Assembly: GCA_046583315.1 (NCBI GenBank)
Contig: JAYGCN010000208.1
Span: forward strand, 1-12,952
Source of the DNA: Candidatus Hydrogenedentota bacterium
Lineage (GTDB): Bacteria > Hydrogenedentota > Hydrogenedentia > Hydrogenedentales > GCA-2746185
Direction of reading: 5' to 3'
Length of the DNA stretch: 12,952 nt
Shown piece after piece: positions 1 to 7,307 of this stretch; the first letter of the stretch is position 1; each line of letters begins with the position of its first letter. The notes beneath the pieces are model-generated. The model worked only from the letters and a program-made list of their open reading frames with translations. It had not been told where the DNA came from and did not search any database. Made by a program: the position numbers and the translations under genes.

Positions 1-92
1 CCGAGATAGATTCGCTGTCCGTTGAGTTCAACGAAACCTCGGTTGTTGTTGTGTCGCAGGGAAGGAATTCGGGTTTTCTTGTTGGCTTTCAT
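1..92 (-). CDS. 5' end of a probable tyrosine integrase/recombinase (runs off the left edge)
   Basis: Not in the ORF track. The minus strand reads GGAGG-TCAGC-ATG(92), then MKANKKTRIPSLRHNNNRGFVELNGQRIYLG, open to the window edge. This resembles the N-terminal PSxRxH...xVxLNGxxxYLG motif I recall from Planctomycete-type phage integrases. It lies about 110 nt downstream of a tRNA 3' end on the same strand. Catalytic residues are outside the window. Confidence 0.65.
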   Translation of the reverse strand, partial: MKANKKTRIPSLRHNNNRGFVELNGQRIYL

Positions 93-204
93 GCTGACCT
101 CCAATGTGTCATTCGGACAATTGTCCGTTTGACGTTTATGGTTTAGTCCGCACTGCCAACAGGGCAGGTATACGCTAAGTAGCGTATTCAGTAAAACTTA
201 CAAA

Positions 205-280
205 TGGTGGAGGTAGACGGGTTTGAACCGACGACCTCTTCGCTGCCAGCGAAGCGCTCTCCCAACTGAGCTATACCCCC
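205..280 (-). tRNA. tRNA-Ala (anticodon GGC)
   Basis: The reverse complement GGGGGTA TA GCTC AGTTGGGA GAGC G CTTCG CT-GGC-AG CGAAG AGGTC GTCGG TTCAAAC CCGTC TACCTCC A CCA gives a full 76-nt cloverleaf. It has the G3:U70 alanine identity pair, discriminator A and an encoded CCA. Confidence 0.98.
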
Positions 281-324
281 ACGCAGGGTACCGGGACAAG
301 ATAGGGTCCCGATTAGATCTGTAT

Positions 325-353
325 ATTATACGCGTTGATTGGGGGGCAGTCAA
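325..353 (-). promoter_or_regulatory. sigma70-type promoter of the tRNA-Ala gene
   Basis: Minus strand TTGACT (353-348), 17-nt spacer, TATAAT (330-325), about 45 nt upstream of the tRNA 5' end. Confidence 0.8.
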
Positions 354-357
354 TGAA

Positions 358-705
358 GTGAACTGCGGACGTTTGAGGGGTCGTGAAGGCATCGGCTCGC
401 CCTGCCCCGAACGTCATCGATTCAATTCTGCATGGAACGCAACCTGCCTCTGTCGATCTGAAGCGATTGACATCGATGCCATTACCCGTATCCTGGAGGG
501 CGCAGCGTCGTACACTGAATTTCGTCGCTGGATTCGGGAAGCCTCGAAGGGTGGTGAGCTCAAGCGCGTTGGGCAGTCGGGTTTAGCCCAAGCAGTTTGC
601 GATCTCATACATCGAATATCTGGCGACAACATTTTTGACACCCTCACCAGCGATAACAACTTCACCGACAATCTTTTGTATCTGCTCCTTGAATCGCAGC
701 GGTGA
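358..705 (+). CDS. hypothetical protein (about 115 aa, start uncertain)
   Basis: This is the part of ORF 223..705 that does not overlap the tRNA or its promoter. There is an in-frame GTG at 358 downstream of a G-rich tract, and the C-terminal half looks helical and protein-like. No family recognised. Confidence 0.35.
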   Translation: MNCGRLRGREGIGSPCPERHRFNSAWNATCLCRSEAIDIDAITRILEGAASYTEFRRWIREASKGGELKRVGQSGLAQAVCDLIHRISGDNIFDTLTSDNNFTDNLLYLLLESQR

Positions 706-793
706 TTCAAACCGGGGTCCTTTTGACCCAAGATCGAAAAAACTCTGGCGGTGTCACGACTCGCTACGAAATATTTCGGCAATGGTATCGCGC

Positions 794-2068
794 CTAGTCT
801 GAGCTGGGTGATTTTTCGATAACTTCCTCAGCAAGCTCATCCCCTTCGATATCGTTCCCGTCGGTCACGGGATCGGTGTAGCGCATCCAGGCGAACATCA
901 TCTCCGATGTCGTGGGGCGTCCCCAGCCGATATCCTTGGTCGGGTCCGGATTCGTATCATTTTCGGCCGAATTGTCCCACCAGGCGGTCATCTCCAGGCG
1001 GGTGCCCTTCGGAACGAATTTATACTCTTCGTACTCGTAGGTCGTCTGCCAATTGAAGTCGTAGGCTGGAACCTTCAGCACACGTTCTTCCGTTCCGTCG
1101 GGATAGAATGCCATAATTTCGACTGCCTTGCCGCGGACGTGCATGTGTGGCATAAACGAAACGAGGCGCGCATCGTCCGGGAAGGTGAACTCGGATTTCG
1201 CTGAGTAGTTCGGATCGCCCGCCGGAATACGAAAGCGGAAATTGCCCATTGAGTCGCCGTGAAAACGATAGGTTGGCTCGTAGTCCTCGGGATAAAATTT
1301 CAGGCCGATTTTCGTCTGATCCCAAACACCGGTTCCCGGTCCAGCCTCTTTGTGATAATGCATTTTGAAACTGACCTTCTGGCCGGGTTCAATACTGCGT
1401 CCGTAGCCTTCGCGATAAAAACGCGGATCGCCTCCGGGTACGAGGGAACCGAGGGAAGAAATCACGTGATGAACTGCACTGCTGCCCGCGCGCACTTGAT
1501 TGGCCTGTATCCAGCGGGACTCGGTAAGAATATCCTCTCCCAGAGTGGTCTCAAAGTCGACGTACAAGTCTTCGACATCATCGTCAACGAAGTAGCGCTC
1601 CGGCATGCTCACAACGACATCTGGAATGCCGATTCCCCACCCCTCTGTATTTCCAAATTGAATGGCCTCTGGGGCGTCCTTTGGATTGCCACGTGCCGCA
1701 CCCATCTCAACCCATTTCACGATTGTCGCTATATCACTTTCGGCCAGAGTTCGTTCGTTCTCGAATTGCCCGTGATGTTCGGCAGCGGCGTGCCAGGGCG
1801 GCATGGTTCTTCCAGATACCTGTTTCGCAATCGCTTTGGCCCAGGGGCGTGCCTCGCTGTAGGTCATGAGGGACATGGGCGCAATCATGCCACCCATATT
1901 GGTGCCGCTCGGACGGTGACAGACCTGACAATTTTCCTGCAATATCGGCAACACATCTTTGGCAAAGGTCGGCTTCGAGCCCTCTGCGGCATTTGCGTGT
2001 ATAGCACTACCAATCACTGCTATCATCGATCCTACAACTAACCAGGTACGTTTGCCTGTCATCATCAC
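794..2068 (-). CDS. exported cytochrome c + copper type II (PHM/DBM-like) monooxygenase-domain protein, paralog 1
   Basis: AGGAG RBS before GTG-ATG-ATG (start 2068, 2065 or 2062). Signal peptide ending ANA-A. Heme motif CQVCH followed by MPPW. PHM-like copper ligand set in the expected order: VHHVI, MHYH, PHMH, EMM. YDFNWQ motif. Confidence 0.85.
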   Translation of the reverse strand: MMMTGKRTWLVVGSMIAVIGSAIHANAAEGSKPTFAKDVLPILQENCQVCHRPSGTNMGGMIAPMSLMTYSEARPWAKAIAKQVSGRTMPPWHAAAEHHGQFENERTLAESDIATIVKWVEMGAARGNPKDAPEAIQFGNTEGWGIGIPDVVVSMPERYFVDDDVEDLYVDFETTLGEDILTESRWIQANQVRAGSSAVHHVISSLGSLVPGGDPRFYREGYGRSIEPGQKVSFKMHYHKEAGPGTGVWDQTKIGLKFYPEDYEPTYRFHGDSMGNFRFRIPAGDPNYSAKSEFTFPDDARLVSFMPHMHVRGKAVEIMAFYPDGTEERVLKVPAYDFNWQTTYEYEEYKFVPKGTRLEMTAWWDNSAENDTNPDPTKDIGWGRPTTSEMMFAWMRYTDPVTDGNDIEGDELAEEVIEKSPSSD

Positions 2069-2101
2069 TTCTCCTATGGCGTAACCCTATACGCTCGAAC
2101 C

Positions 2102-2130
2102 AGTCTATACCGATTGCTCACTACTTGCAA
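2102..2130 (-). promoter_or_regulatory. putative sigma70-type promoter for the 794..2068 gene
   Basis: Minus strand TTGCAA (2130-2125), 17-nt spacer, TAGACT (2107-2102), in the 131-nt gap upstream of the RBS. Confidence 0.5.
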
Positions 2131-2199
2131 GGATGAACCTTGGCAGAGTCACAAACACCGCTTTTCCCCTTTATTATAAGGGCTCGTGGCCGATACGGA

Positions 2200-4245
2200 C
2201 TATTTCGGCAGGCGTAGCGCGATGAGACTGCCAGCGGAGCGGCCGACACGGATGGTTACGGCAATATATTGAACCCCGTCAATCATGTACGTCATTGGTG
2301 TGCCGACGACGGTTCCGGGCAACAATACCTCATTGAGAACTTCGCCCGTGGTCTTGTCGTAAGCAACAAGCGCACCCTTGCCGCCGTCCAGCGCCAGGCC
2401 ATGAATCAGGAGTGACTTCGTCAATAGGGGTCCTGATCGGCCCTGCCCACCCAGGGGCGGTAAATCGATCCCCTGTAGTGCGGAATGATTTCGAATCTTG
2501 CTGGACCCCGTTCCAGTCGGGGTCATCCAAGCGTGTTCCCCGGTGTTCATATCAATGGCGGTCATACGCGAATACGGAGGCTTCAATAGTGGTAAACCGT
2601 CGGGACCCTGAGGGCGCGGCGGTTTTGCCGGATGAAAACTCGAAGGGCCGAGCGTGCCGCTTCGCACGTATTTCAAGTTGGACACGTTGGGATCGGGTTC
2701 GGCCAGCGTGACCATACTATAGGATGTCATGGACGGAACATAGAGCACTCCAGATTCGGGATCTACGGCCGCGCCACTCCAATTCGCTCCACCACCAGCT
2801 CCGGGCAGCTGAATGGTTCCGCGCGTACCCCCTTCTTCGTAAAGCGAGGGCGGCGTAAATAACGGACCTATTCGATAGTGACTGATTTCCTCAATAGCCC
2901 TTTTGCGCAATTCCGGCGTAAAGTCGATGAGGTCGTCAGTCGAAACTCCCTGAATGTCGAATGGGGCTGGCCGGGTAGGATGAGGCTGTGTGGGTGATGC
3001 GCGCTCGCCCGGCACATCTGATCGCGCAACGGGCAACTCCTCAATGGGCCACACAGGTTTGCCCGTCACTCTGTCGAATACGAAACTCCAGCCCTGTTTG
3101 GTCACTTGAGCCACGGCCTTGATCGGCTTGCCGTCGACGACGATATTGATCAAATTGGGCGCAGCCGGGAGATCCCAATCCCAAAGACCATGATGCACCA
3201 TCTGAAAATGCCAAATGCGTTCGCCCGTTTCGACATCCACGCATACGAGACTTTCGGCAAAGAGATTATCGCCGAGCCGATGCCCGCCGTAGTAGTCACT
3301 CGTCGGTGTGCTCGTCGGCAAATAAACGTATCCGAGATCGTCATCCGCACTCATCATGGTCCACACGTTCGTATTGCCGGTGTACTTCCAGGAATCATTC
3401 TCCCACGTATGCGCCGCGAGTTCGTCCGCTTGAGGAACGGTCTTGAATACCCAGCGAGGCTCACCGGTACGCACATCGAAGGCCTGGACGTATCCGGGTG
3501 GCCACTCTTTGTTCGGCGGACGGTCGGACATGGAACAGCCTACAATGACGATGTCTCGGCTGATCGTTGGAGGTGAGTCTACTGAAAGATGAAAGGTCTC
3601 CCCGCCGGGAAGGATCAGCTCATCGTCTCGACTTACGCGCGGCACGGCCGTCATGAGATCGACGCGGCCTTCTTCGCCGAATCCCCGGATCAGTTCTCCC
3701 GAATCGGCATTCAGCGCAATGAGATACCCTTCATGTGTTCCGCTTAGTATTCGGCGATCTTCGCCATCCGCCCAGTAGCTTACCCCGCGCGTTACCGGTC
3801 CTAAAATACTGGCCGCGCCGCCGCGTTCGTAACTCTTCGGATTGTACGACCATATCGTTTTACCCGAGACAGCATCGATAGCTACGATTTGGCCCAATCC
3901 GGTGCTTACATACAGTACGCCGTCGATCATAATGGGCGTTGCCTTGAAACCGACGCGTCTCATCATCGGGTCGTTCGGGCGCTCCGCGGCGATGGGCGCA
4001 TCCAGTGAATCCCAGATCCAATCGATTTCGACGCTGGAAAAGTTATCTCCGTTTATCTGAGACAGGGGAAGGTATTTCGTGCCGGCGTTGTCCGCGCCGT
4101 AGGAAGGCCAATTGACATTCGTTTTCTCGACGGACGCTGCGCCAGCGGAATTCAGGAATGGAATGAAACAATATAACGATACGAACGAGATGGCGAGGGC
4201 GCATCGCGACACGTTAGAACCAACAACGCTCAACGGAGCCACCAT
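2200..4245 (-). CDS. PQQ-dependent dehydrogenase (quinoprotein glucose/quinate dehydrogenase-like), probably exported
   Basis: Motifs NWPSYG, ATPIMIDGVLYV, RGVSYW, NVWTMMSAD, HHGLWDWD, GGANWSG, KPPYSRMTAID and TPMTYMIDGVQYI, plus PQQ-propeller Trp-docking repeats. The start is moved to ATG 4245, 2 nt after the upstream stop, because the track start (4329) overlaps the upstream gene. There is a single N-terminal hydrophobic segment rather than the multi-TM anchor of membrane GDH. No CxxCH. Confidence 0.9.
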   Translation of the reverse strand: MVAPLSVVGSNVSRCALAISFVSLYCFIPFLNSAGAASVEKTNVNWPSYGADNAGTKYLPLSQINGDNFSSVEIDWIWDSLDAPIAAERPNDPMMRRVGFKATPIMIDGVLYVSTGLGQIVAIDAVSGKTIWSYNPKSYERGGAASILGPVTRGVSYWADGEDRRILSGTHEGYLIALNADSGELIRGFGEEGRVDLMTAVPRVSRDDELILPGGETFHLSVDSPPTISRDIVIVGCSMSDRPPNKEWPPGYVQAFDVRTGEPRWVFKTVPQADELAAHTWENDSWKYTGNTNVWTMMSADDDLGYVYLPTSTPTSDYYGGHRLGDNLFAESLVCVDVETGERIWHFQMVHHGLWDWDLPAAPNLINIVVDGKPIKAVAQVTKQGWSFVFDRVTGKPVWPIEELPVARSDVPGERASPTQPHPTRPAPFDIQGVSTDDLIDFTPELRKRAIEEISHYRIGPLFTPPSLYEEGGTRGTIQLPGAGGGANWSGAAVDPESGVLYVPSMTSYSMVTLAEPDPNVSNLKYVRSGTLGPSSFHPAKPPRPQGPDGLPLLKPPYSRMTAIDMNTGEHAWMTPTGTGSSKIRNHSALQGIDLPPLGGQGRSGPLLTKSLLIHGLALDGGKGALVAYDKTTGEVLNEVLLPGTVVGTPMTYMIDGVQYIAVTIRVGRSAGSLIALRLPK

Positions 4246-4247
4246 CG

Positions 4248-5870
4248 CTAGTTGTCCCAATCGATCTTGATCAGGGCTGGGAAGCCGCGCTCCGAATGCC
4301 GAATTGGAACATTCGAGTTGCTGGTCCACACGTTCCCCTCCGCATCAAACTCAATCTCACGTGTGTATGTCACCCGCGAAGGCATCGGGTAGTGCGTGAA
4401 CACTTCAGTTTCCGGATTGAATCGAATAATCGTATCGTTCCCGGTCCCGCATATCCACACCTCACCCGTCGTCGGGTGAACATTGAGCGCGTAGGGGATC
4501 TGATTCTCCGGATCGGGCAGCGGATACACGGTCCACTCTTCACTCGTTGGATCGAACTTCCCGAGGACACCCGAGCCAAATCCGGGAACCCATACAATAC
4601 CGTTCGGCGCCACATGTAAACGGCGAGGCCCGCGAAAGGGTGGAACCCATTCCTTGACGTCTCCGTCGGGCACGGAAGGATCGATGCGCCCTACCCGATT
4701 TCCGTTGAGTTTCGTATACCAGACCTTGCCATCCGGGGCGATATCTATTCCATAGGGCGTGCGGCCGCGGGACTCACCTTTTCCACCGCCAACGGCTTGA
4801 TCCGCAGTCGGAAGGTCATACTGTTTTACTTCATGTGTATCCGGGTGTAGCGAGAAAACGCCCGCTCCTGCATCCGTGTACCAAATCGTCCCTTGCTTGT
4901 CGATGCGCAGTGTGTGCGGATAACGTCCACGTTCCGCGGGAGCCGGAAAGCCCGAAACAATTGTATACTCATGCGTTTTCGTGTCGAATTTAGCCATTTT
5001 TCCGGCAATCGCAAGTGTCATCCACATATCCCCGTTTGCATCCGCTTCAATAGAGTGCGGTCCGAGGATTCTGCGGGAACGGCCTGCATGGGCGCCACCA
5101 GGAATTGGATAGGTCTCCTGATTTCCGGTATCGGGATCGAAGCGGATTACTGCGCCGTTGTCCATGTCGACGACATACACCTTACCATCTTGTCCAATTT
5201 CGAGATCATGAGCATTCGTTTCATTTTCGATTCCAATGTCCCATTCAGTGATGCGGGCTGTCAGGACATCGCCGTCCGGTTGTGGAGGCGGTGTGTATTC
5301 AGGCCATTGAGTCATGGCCTCCTCAGAATAGGTATTGAGGAGGCGTGTAACGAGTGAATCCCGCGTATGTTTATACAGCCCCCCGAACCCATCCATGCGC
5401 GAAATCATGGTTTCCCAGTCGACTGGCTGTTCTGGTGCTCTAAAGCCTTCGGTCCCGACCTGATGACAGCCCGTGCATGACATTTTGAAGTTCATCTTGT
5501 CCTTCTGGTTATCGAATTTCAACAGATCAAGCAAGTTGTCTCCACGGCGCTGTTCGTTGATGTCGTCAACCGGGGCCATGGTGAAGGTTATGCCATCGGG
5601 GTTTTCTGCAGATGGATTCACCCCCGGGAGGAATGTATCTTCCTTTCCGATTGTCCGTGCGCGAAGCAAATACGATTGAGCCTTTAGACCATCGATAGTA
5701 AATTGACCCGTGGCCGAGGAGAACACAGACACGCTTTTCGATGCCGTTTCGTCGATAGCAGAAATCATGACACCGCGGAGTGGCGAACCCGACTCGTCGA
5801 AGACCGCACCCCTCAAATCGGCTGCCTGAGTTCCGGAACAGACCATCATAAGAATTGCGATGCTATACAC
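4248..5870 (-). CDS. carboxypeptidase-regulatory-like domain + monoheme cytochrome c + Vgb-lyase-like beta-propeller protein (5' end possibly disrupted)
   Basis: N-terminal LRGAVFDESGSPLRGVMISA...GQFTIDGL Ig-like domain. CTGCH heme motif with a downstream WETMISRM. Seven Vgb/NHL-like blades of the type PxxIxxxxxGxVW...FDPxT. The best RBS/ATG is at 5885 but is followed by an in-frame TAA at 5873-5871. Confidence 0.8.
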   Translation of the reverse strand: MYSIAILMMVCSGTQAADLRGAVFDESGSPLRGVMISAIDETASKSVSVFSSATGQFTIDGLKAQSYLLRARTIGKEDTFLPGVNPSAENPDGITFTMAPVDDINEQRRGDNLLDLLKFDNQKDKMNFKMSCTGCHQVGTEGFRAPEQPVDWETMISRMDGFGGLYKHTRDSLVTRLLNTYSEEAMTQWPEYTPPPQPDGDVLTARITEWDIGIENETNAHDLEIGQDGKVYVVDMDNGAVIRFDPDTGNQETYPIPGGAHAGRSRRILGPHSIEADANGDMWMTLAIAGKMAKFDTKTHEYTIVSGFPAPAERGRYPHTLRIDKQGTIWYTDAGAGVFSLHPDTHEVKQYDLPTADQAVGGGKGESRGRTPYGIDIAPDGKVWYTKLNGNRVGRIDPSVPDGDVKEWVPPFRGPRRLHVAPNGIVWVPGFGSGVLGKFDPTSEEWTVYPLPDPENQIPYALNVHPTTGEVWICGTGNDTIIRFNPETEVFTHYPMPSRVTYTREIEFDAEGNVWTSNSNVPIRHSERGFPALIKIDWDN

Positions 5871-5924
5871 TTAGATCGTCTTCATCGTTTCCTTATCCTC
5901 ATTTTCTGTGCGGGTAGAACGAGT

Positions 5925-7229
5925 TCAATCGGAATCGCTACCCGAAAACCTCGCGATATCCTCGTCCTCGATCGTTGACCATTCCGCCCAGGGAATCATC
6001 ATTTCGTCGGTACTCGCGGCCCCGAAATCGACCGAGCGATCGATGTTGAGCGAGGGGACCTCTGCCTTAATTGTTTTGGAATTATCAAAGCTTGCAATGA
6101 CATCAATGCGCGTTCCCTCAGGAATGTATTTCGGTGCCTTGTAAATATACTGCGTCTGCCACGCGTAGTCGTAGCGATCCACATCCAACAAAACTTCTGT
6201 ACTGCCGTCGGGATAATAGGCGGTGTATTTCATCGATTTTCCGCGATAGTGCATGTGAGGGTGAAGCGAAATCAGAACAGTCGGATCGTCGAAGGTTTTG
6301 GACGATCCTACTTGCCAATCCGATTGACGCGGTGGAATATCGAAGGTTCCGTTGCCCAGTGAACCCGTGCCAATACCATTGCGCATCACCTTGTACTTGA
6401 TCTCCGTCTCGGGCGGATGAAATTTGAACCCGATGAGCGAATTGTCCCAGACCCCGGTGCCGGGACCGGCTTCCTTATGATAATGCATGCTCCCGTTAAT
6501 CGTTGTTCCCGCGCGCAAGAGATTCCCAAAGCCCTCGGGATACATCGTAGGTTCTTCGCCAGCAGCATTCGAACCCGCGAGAAAACGTTCGGCGGGGTGT
6601 CCTTCAATGGCAGGGGCAGAAGCACTTGCAATCATGTGGTGAACCACTTCGCTACCGTGACGCATTTCGATGGCTTGAATCCAGCGTGGTTCGGGAAGCA
6701 TCTCCGCGTTTAATTCGGTTGTGAATCGAGGCTGCCAATCTTGGACATCGTCGCCCACCCAGACGGACTCGAGCGGAAGGATAAGATCCGGCTCTCCCAT
6801 GTACCAACCGTCCGATTGGCTATGAATGAGGGGCTCGGGCGCATCCGAAGGATTCCCCTTGGCTGCCCCGGTCTTGACCCAATTCACGACAGTCTCAATC
6901 TCTTCATCGGTCAACACGCGCTCGTTCTCGAACTGCCCCGCGGTGTGTGTGGTTGCATCCCAGGGCGGCATGTCGCGGGCGACAATCGCCTTCACAATCG
7001 CTTTCGCCCACGGTCGCACTTCCTGGTAATTCGTAAGGGACATCGGCGCGACCATACCCGACAAATTGTCGCCCCCGTTTCGATGGCAGGCCTGACAGTT
7101 TTCCTGAATAATGGGAAGCACGTCTTTCGTAAACGTGATCCGATCCGCTTGTCCATTTGCTGAAACCAATACCAGCCCATTCGTAGCGAGAACTAACGCT
7201 ATCGATAGAAACCCGTGCCATCCAAACAT
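5925..7229 (-). CDS. exported cytochrome c + copper type II (PHM/DBM-like) monooxygenase-domain protein, paralog 2
   Basis: GGGAG RBS upstream of ATG 7229 (MFGWHGF..., signal-peptide-like). CQACH and MPPW. VHHMI, MHYH, PHMH and EMM copper-ligand motifs. YDYAWQ. Colinear with the 794..2068 protein. Confidence 0.85.
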   Translation of the reverse strand: MFGWHGFLSIALVLATNGLVLVSANGQADRITFTKDVLPIIQENCQACHRNGGDNLSGMVAPMSLTNYQEVRPWAKAIVKAIVARDMPPWDATTHTAGQFENERVLTDEEIETVVNWVKTGAAKGNPSDAPEPLIHSQSDGWYMGEPDLILPLESVWVGDDVQDWQPRFTTELNAEMLPEPRWIQAIEMRHGSEVVHHMIASASAPAIEGHPAERFLAGSNAAGEEPTMYPEGFGNLLRAGTTINGSMHYHKEAGPGTGVWDNSLIGFKFHPPETEIKYKVMRNGIGTGSLGNGTFDIPPRQSDWQVGSSKTFDDPTVLISLHPHMHYRGKSMKYTAYYPDGSTEVLLDVDRYDYAWQTQYIYKAPKYIPEGTRIDVIASFDNSKTIKAEVPSLNIDRSVDFGAASTDEMMIPWAEWSTIEDEDIARFSGSDSD

Positions 7230-7307
7230 ATTCAATCTCCCTTTATTCAAGAATTCGATATCATGTCTCGCAATTTCATTTGACGCCGCAACGTGATTAT
7301 TGCACGA

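Noticed and set aside
216..232. T:T mismatch in the tRNA-Ala T stem (GTCGG/CCGTC) as a scar of integration
   Set aside because: From recall, the same GTCGG/CCGTC T stem occurs naturally in many bacterial tRNA-Ala genes, so it is not evidence of a hybrid tRNA.
198..392. ORFs overlapping the tRNA (198..392 minus and the 5' part of 223..705)
   Set aside because: They overlap an intact tRNA and its promoter.
714..729. GGGTC-CTTTT-GACCC hairpin as a terminator between convergent genes
   Set aside because: The stem is only 5 bp with no adjacent U tract, too weak to call.
1259..2041. 260-aa plus-strand ORF, and other antisense or alternate-frame ORFs such as 3106..3576, 4893..5357, 6741..7163, 7383..8150 and 11553..12011
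   Set aside because: They lie opposite or inside well-supported genes and have no recognisable motifs; they are best explained as shadow ORFs.
4248..5870. Calling the propeller gene vgb (streptogramin B resistance)
   Set aside because: Only the fold is similar. The Vgb EPHG catalytic motif is absent, and extra Ig-like and heme c domains are present.
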